Assembly: GCF_009914755.1 (NCBI RefSeq)
Contig: NC_060925.1
Length of the DNA stretch: 64,000 nucleotides
Origin: the human T2T-CHM13v2.0 reference genome, Homo sapiens
Reading direction: 5' to 3' (one strand)
The notes under the pieces were generated by a model, which was not told the origin of the DNA, did not search any database, and saw only the letters and a list, made by a program, of their open reading frames with translations. A program made the position numbers and the translations under genes. Shown one piece after another: positions 56,234 to 64,000 of the stretch. Each line of letters begins with the position of its first letter. Within the stretch, counting starts at the first letter, position 1.

Positions 56234-58614
56234 GTAAGTAGTAGCTGTGACTTCTGGCACCCTGGATTTGAGCTGAGTGGACAGGGGTGTGCTCTCCTGG
56301 ACCTCTGGTGGCAAGTCTCTTGAATGGCATCCTCTTTGTATAGAGCCACAGCTTTCTAACTTGTGTTGAAAAACTACCGTATCTTTTACTTCCGTGAAGG
56401 ATTTCGCTGGTTGCTTAGAGAGCCTGTTTAAAAGTTGACAGTTCAGAAGTGGCTGGGATCTCTTGGGCTCCCTGAAGAGTTAGTCTCTGTCTCCCTCATT
56501 TGGTCTCTGCTGTGCTGGCTCTTCCCCATCTCGGCCCAGCACAGGTTGGCTCCTTGTCACTGCTCTTTTAAGACTCTGCTCTGTCCCCTTTACCCTGTAT
56601 ACTCTTTTTGTTTCGATTTCTCAGCTTCTCCTCTTTTCCAGTTGTGCCAGCAGACGATCCGTGGATCCATTTTATTTTCCCTGCTAGGAGTTGCTGTACA
56701 TAACACTGGGTAAGGAGGTGGTGTGGATTCAGGGACTGTGCTTGGGATCCAAACACACCTTGCAGTGAATTTTGCTACTGCTGTCTCTACACCCAAGATA
56801 CCTAATACTCCTCAACGAATAGCCTAGGTTGAGGCAAAGCTGTTGACCACCTTGGAGGGCTAATAGCAGTTTCCATTTAGAACTGGGTTCATTTCTGGTC
56901 TTAGGTTAATATTTATTAATACTGTGCCCTGGCACTTTTTAGGGGTAGGGGCAGGAGAGTACCAGAAAGAGTGGGCTTTTCCCTAAAGTGTGATCCTCGG
57001 GATTTTAAAAGCTATTACACAGAAGGGTTTTTTCATTGATTATATTTGTGAAATGCTGAATTCAACACAGTTAAACTAGTGTCTTTACAACAAGGCTTCC
57101 TTCCCAAACTCTTTTGCTGTGCTCACGTGCTCCACTGAGGAAAATGGTAGCATATGGTGTTTTTTGTTTGTTTGTTTGTTTTTTGTTTTTTTTGAGACAG
57201 AGTCTTGCTCTGTCACCCAGGCTGGAGTGCAGTGGCGCGATCTTGCAGTGGCGTGATCTTGGCTCACTGCAAGCTCTGCCTCCCAGGTTCACACTATCCT
57301 CCTGCCTCAGCCTCCCGAGTAGCTGTACTACAGGTGCATGCTGCCATGCCTGGCTAATTTTTTGTAGTTTTAGTAGAGATGGGGTTTCACCGTGTTAGCC
57401 AGGATGGTCTCGAACTCCTGACCTTGTGATCTACCCACCTCGGCCTCCCAGAGTGCTGGGATTACAGGCGTGAGCCACCGCGCCTGGCCTAGCATATGGT
57501 GTTTTACAAACTGATTCTACTATTGAACCTTCTTTACATGGGATATTGGGTGCAAGTCGAGTTCTGTGGACCACGCTTTGGGAAGTGCTGCCAGAAACTA
57601 TCCAAAACAGTAATCTCCAGAGCACTTATGAGGCAGTCACAGCTTGAAGTGTGACGCTTAGTGTGTCACTGATGTTGGAGCTGGGCTCTCAGGCTATGCT
57701 TGCAGGATGGTCCCCACGTGCCTGTGGCAAGGTCTGTGGTGAAGCAGAGATTATCAAGGCTTTCCAGAGGCAGAGGAGGAACCCAGCTGCCCTGCATCAC
57801 CCTGGAGGAGTAGGGAGTCAGCAGTCAAAGCCTTGAGATAATTGGGGAACACAGGATGTGATAAAAACCAGAAGTCTGTGATGTTGTTTGTTCTCTATGA
57901 GGCATCAGAGGAGGCTTCATGGAGCAGGTGACACTTGAGTTGGGTCTAGAAGGACAGTAGGAGTATGCCAAATGGGTGGAAAAGGAAGGAGGATTCCAGG
58001 CAGAAAGCAGCTCATGCAACACAGATGTGGAATCTCAGCTTGCAAGTTAGCAGAGCCAGATAAATCAGGCAGAGTTTGGAGGGGTTGACAGTAGGTTTTA
58101 CGCCAGGGGTTTGGATGCAGCTGCAGGCTGGGTATTAGTGAGAGCAGGGAGGCTCCTGGACCGGCTGAACTCCCAGCAGACCTTGTAACCTGGAGCTCCC
58201 AAGCTTCTACTGGTGTACACGCTGTCGAGTCTTGCAGTTAGTGAGCACTAATGCTTTTGGTTTTATATCTCCTGGGCTTGCAAACATTGACCAGAACTTA
58301 AAAGCACCTGCTTCTGATGGCAGGGAACTTGCTTCCTGCAGCAAGTCACTTCTGGAGTGGGGTATCGCTGATCCTTCCCCAGCTGACCTGTTTATTTGAT
58401 CTCCGTGATAGCGGGTAAGGGAGTGGTGTGTGTGGTGTGAGTTGGCGGAGTTGCCTCTGCCCTCCCTGAAGGCTGGGTGTTCATGGAGAGAGTCTTGTGA
58501 TCTTGCTGGTAGAGTTTGTTGTTATTGTTTTATAACATGTAAAGCTGCCTTTAGCTCTTACTGTAGTGAAGCATGTTGCTTGCGTCATCAACTTTAGTCT
58601 TCTCACAGTTTAGA

Positions 58615-59395
58615 TGGTATTGTGGTATTAGGATATTGGTTTTCATCCACGGATCCAGGCTCATAACTCCTATCCACAGCCCTTGTTATGGTTTTTTGAT
58701 ATAATGTTAGATGTGTTAGGCCTCAGGGGCAGGCCTCTGACCTTCTGCTCTCCTTCCACCCTAATCTTTCCCCACCTGATTGTGGGCCTTAAAACCCTCC
58801 CCTGAGAGGGGTGGACCCTGTATCCTGGGGGAAGGAATGCTGATGTCATGAAGCTTCCATAAAAATCCAAGAGGACAGAGTTCAGGGAGCTTGTGGATAG
58901 CTGAACACACGGAGGTTCCTAGAGAGAGGCCTGCTCAGGGAGGGCACAGAAACTACACGCCTCTTCCCCCATACCTCGCCCTAAGCGTCTCCTTATCTGT
59001 ATCCTTTGCGATATCCCTCATAATAACCTGGTAAACGTAAGTAAGTGTTTCCCTGGGCTAGGTAGGCTGCTCCATCAAATTAATTGAACTCAAAGAGGGG
59101 GTCATGGGAACCCCAGCCTGAAGCCAGTCGGTGAGAAATTCTGGAGGCCCAGACTTGCAACTGGTATGTTTGAGGGGTGGTGGTGGAGAGGCGGGGCAGT
59201 CCTGGGGACTGAGCCCTCAACCTGTGGGATCTGACACTCTCTCCAGGTAGACAGCATGGGAACTGAATGAGAGGATACCCAGCTGCTGTCCGCTGGTTGG
59301 TGTGTGGGGAAGAAACCCCCTCACATTTGGTCACAGAAGTCTCTTGTGTTGATGATTATGGTGTGAGAGTAGAGAAAAAAGATAATTTGAGACAG
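58615..59395. mobile_element. ERV solo LTR (MER21-like) in MFN2 intron 2
   Basis: GGATAGCTGAACAC..GGAGGTTCC, GTAAACGTAAGTAAGTGTTTCCCTG, CAAAGAGGGGGTCATGGGAACCCC and GGACTGAGCCCTCAACCTGTGGGATCTGAC motifs recalled from the MER21 family. Confidence 0.65.
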
Positions 59396-59508
59396 TTTCT
59401 CTCTCCAGTAGGTGTCTTGTTTGTTGTACACATGAAGAAACCAAGGTTCTGTGATGAAATAACTTGCTTAAGTTTAAGCAGCCCAGAAATAATGTAGTCA
59501 CAATTTGA

Positions 59509-59805
<297 letters not shown>

Positions 59806-60503
59806 TGAACTCCTGACCTCAGGTGAGCTGCCTGCCTCGGCCTCCCAAAGTGCTGGGATTACAGGCATGAGCCACCGTGCCTGACCCCTGATCCCTTTTC
59901 TATTCCTTTTGGATGGCTTTCCTCTTGTGCCTGCCACATCCCCTCTTTCTCGAACAGTCTGATCTGCCAGGCCATGGCAAGCCTGATTTCAGCGCACTCT
60001 CCTTTGCTGCTTTGGAAGAGTGAGAGTAGCATTTTCTTTGCAGTTTCCTTTCTCAGAGCTGTACTGTCTTTAAGCCCTGGACATATGGCTTCCATGCTGA
60101 GAAAACATCTCTCATAGCTGTGGCTTCATGCTGAGGAGGAATGTAGAAACAGAAGTGGGGTCACTTCCTTCCCTTGTCTCCAGAGGAATCATTAACATTG
60201 CACAAGAACTTGTTGGTTTGGGCACACATGTGGGTCCCTATCCCGCTTTGGGTCGGTCTGTCTTCTGCCCACTCTTTGGGATGGTTAGTTACTAAAAGTC
60301 CGTTTTGGCATTTGGTCTTCATGTACCTCTTCCGGGTGTTCTTTCTGCTTTTCAGGACCTTGTGCAACATACTTTGGCCCCATTTGGAAGTTTTTGACGT
60401 GTGCTTGCTGGGGAGCAACACCTCATTTCCAATCTAGAGAGAGTGAGCTTACTGCTGGGTGGAGAACTGAGCAGTAAGATTAGGGTGGCTGGGGAGGCAG
60501 TGA

Positions 60504-60970
<467 letters not shown>

Positions 60971-61433
60971 TAGGTGTGAGCCACCATGCCCAGCCTCTTT
61001 TGACCTTTGACCAAAGACCTCTAGGACTTTGGAGTCAAGTCTCATGACCTCTAAAATGTTGTTATATGAAAAGATAAGCTACAAAGATACGTAGGATTGA
61101 GTGAGAGCAAGAGAGACAGTCACACAAAAATAGACTGTGATAATATGGCTGGGTACGGTGGCTCACGCCTGTATTCCCAGCACTTCGGGAGGCCGAAGCA
61201 GATGGATCACTTGAGGTCAGGAGTTTGAGACCAGCCTGGCCAACATGGTGAAGCCCTGTCTCTACGAAAAATAAAAAAATTAGCTGGGTGTGGTGGCACA
61301 TGCCCGTACTCCAAGCTACTCAGGAGGCTGAGTGAGGCAGGAGGATCGCTTGAACCTGGGAGGTGGAGGTTGTAGTGAGCTGAGATTGCACCACTGCACC
61401 CAGCCTGGGTGACAAAAGTGAGACTCTGTCTCA

Positions 61434-61811
<378 letters not shown>

Positions 61812-61958
61812 TTAATCCCAACACTTTGGGAATCCAAAGTGAGAGGATCATTGGAGCCCAAGAGTTTGGGAGCAGCCTGGGCAACATAAGAAGACCCTGT
61901 CTCTACAAAAAATTTTAAAAAAATTAGTGGGGCGTGGTGGTGCATGCCTGTGGTCTCA

Positions 61959-62129
<171 letters not shown>

Positions 62130-62199
62130 TTATGGGTTTTTTTCCCCTTCAGTTTCCAAATTTTCTGTAGCACACCTGTGCTATACTAAAATAGGCCAA

Positions 62200-62204
<5 letters not shown>

Positions 62205-62236
<32 letters not shown>
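62205..62236 (+). repeat. (TG)n microsatellite at an Alu tail
   Basis: gtgtgt... run directly visible. Confidence 0.95.
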
Positions 62237-62240
<4 letters not shown>

Positions 62241-62659
62241 TCTTTGTTGAGACTTGGTCTGGCTCTGTCACCCAGGCTGGAGTACAGTGGTGCGATCTCG
62301 GCTCACTGCAACCTCCGCCTCCCAGGTTCAAGCAATTCTCTGCCTCAGCCTCCCAAGTAGCTGGGATTATAGGCGGCCACCACCACACCCGGCTATATTT
62401 TTTTGTATTTTTAGTAGAGACGGGGTTTCATCATGTTGGCCAGGCTGGTCTTGAACTCCTGACCTTGTGATCCACTTGCCTCAGCCTCCCAGAGTGCTGG
62501 GATTACAGGCATAACCCACCATGCCTGGCTGTTTTTTTTTTTTTTTTTTAAATAGAGACGGGGTCCTACATTGCCTAGGCTTGTCTCGAACTCCAAAGTT
62601 CAAGTGATCTGCCTGCCTTGGCCTCTCAAAGTGCTGGGATTATAGGTATGAGCCACTGA

Positions 62660-63164
<505 letters not shown>

Positions 63165-63207
63165 TAGTCCTGGAGGTTGCAGTGACCTGAGATCCCCATA
63201 TTCTTGA

Positions 63208-63513
<306 letters not shown>

Positions 63514-64000
63514 TAGATATTTAGCTAGTGGGATTTGCGGGTGGGGAGGTATATCTCTGCTCCCAGGGAAGTCATAACCAGATAGCCTTAGAAATGCTCT
63601 GCTCTTGAAATCATGTGGAATTGGAGTCTGGGGAGATGAGGCCAGGAAGACAAGGGAACTGCCATTTAGTAATTACTTTAAGAAGTCCACATGTTTTGTT
63701 TCATTTAATCATGAAAGATAGGTGAATCTTATCCCCATCTACAAGGCAAGCAAATTGAGGTTTGAGAGTTGTCCGATACCTTGTAAGTAATAGATCAGGG
63801 TTTTACCCAGGTGTCTCCAACTCCGGAGCCCACGTGTTTTCCTTTGCCTAGTTCTGGCTGCCATTAATACCAGGCACTGTTTGGGTGTCAGTGATCCCTG
63901 ACCAGGGCGCCCTTTCTTTGATATTTTTAGATTGGTGACAGAACTATAGGAAACTCACGTCACCTATGCCTTTTCTACTAGTTACTAATTTGAGCCCAAC

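Overview
Human (primate) genomic DNA that I recognise from its translations as the KIAA2013-PLOD1-MFN2 locus (chr1p36). It holds the first coding exon and CpG-island promoter of KIAA2013 on the minus strand (ATG at 354, running off the window start). It holds the complete 19-exon PLOD1 (lysyl hydroxylase 1) gene on the plus strand: ATG 8900, TAA 48927, exons sum to 2184 nt = 727 aa, all introns GT-AG, plus an in-frame 141-nt cassette exon in intron 1. It ends with the promoter, two non-coding exons and first coding exon of MFN2. The non-coding space is very Alu-dense, with MIR/L2, MaLR/ERV LTR and MER DNA-transposon remnants, and almost all ORFs in the supplied track are Alu or low-complexity artefacts. 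I see no evidence of a wholly new gene system. The best candidate for something undescribed is a splicing module around the PLOD1 intron-1 cassette exon: a (CA)n tract upstream and a minisatellite array of RBFOX UGCAUG motifs downstream. Also notable are a perfect CArG box in the PLOD1 promoter, uORFs in MFN2 exons 1 and 2, an LTR end abutting the PLOD1 exon 17 acceptor, and an exact 44-nt Alu identity 8,895 bp apart that fits the recurrent exon 10-16 duplication. Repeat family names and boundaries are assigned by eye and are approximate.
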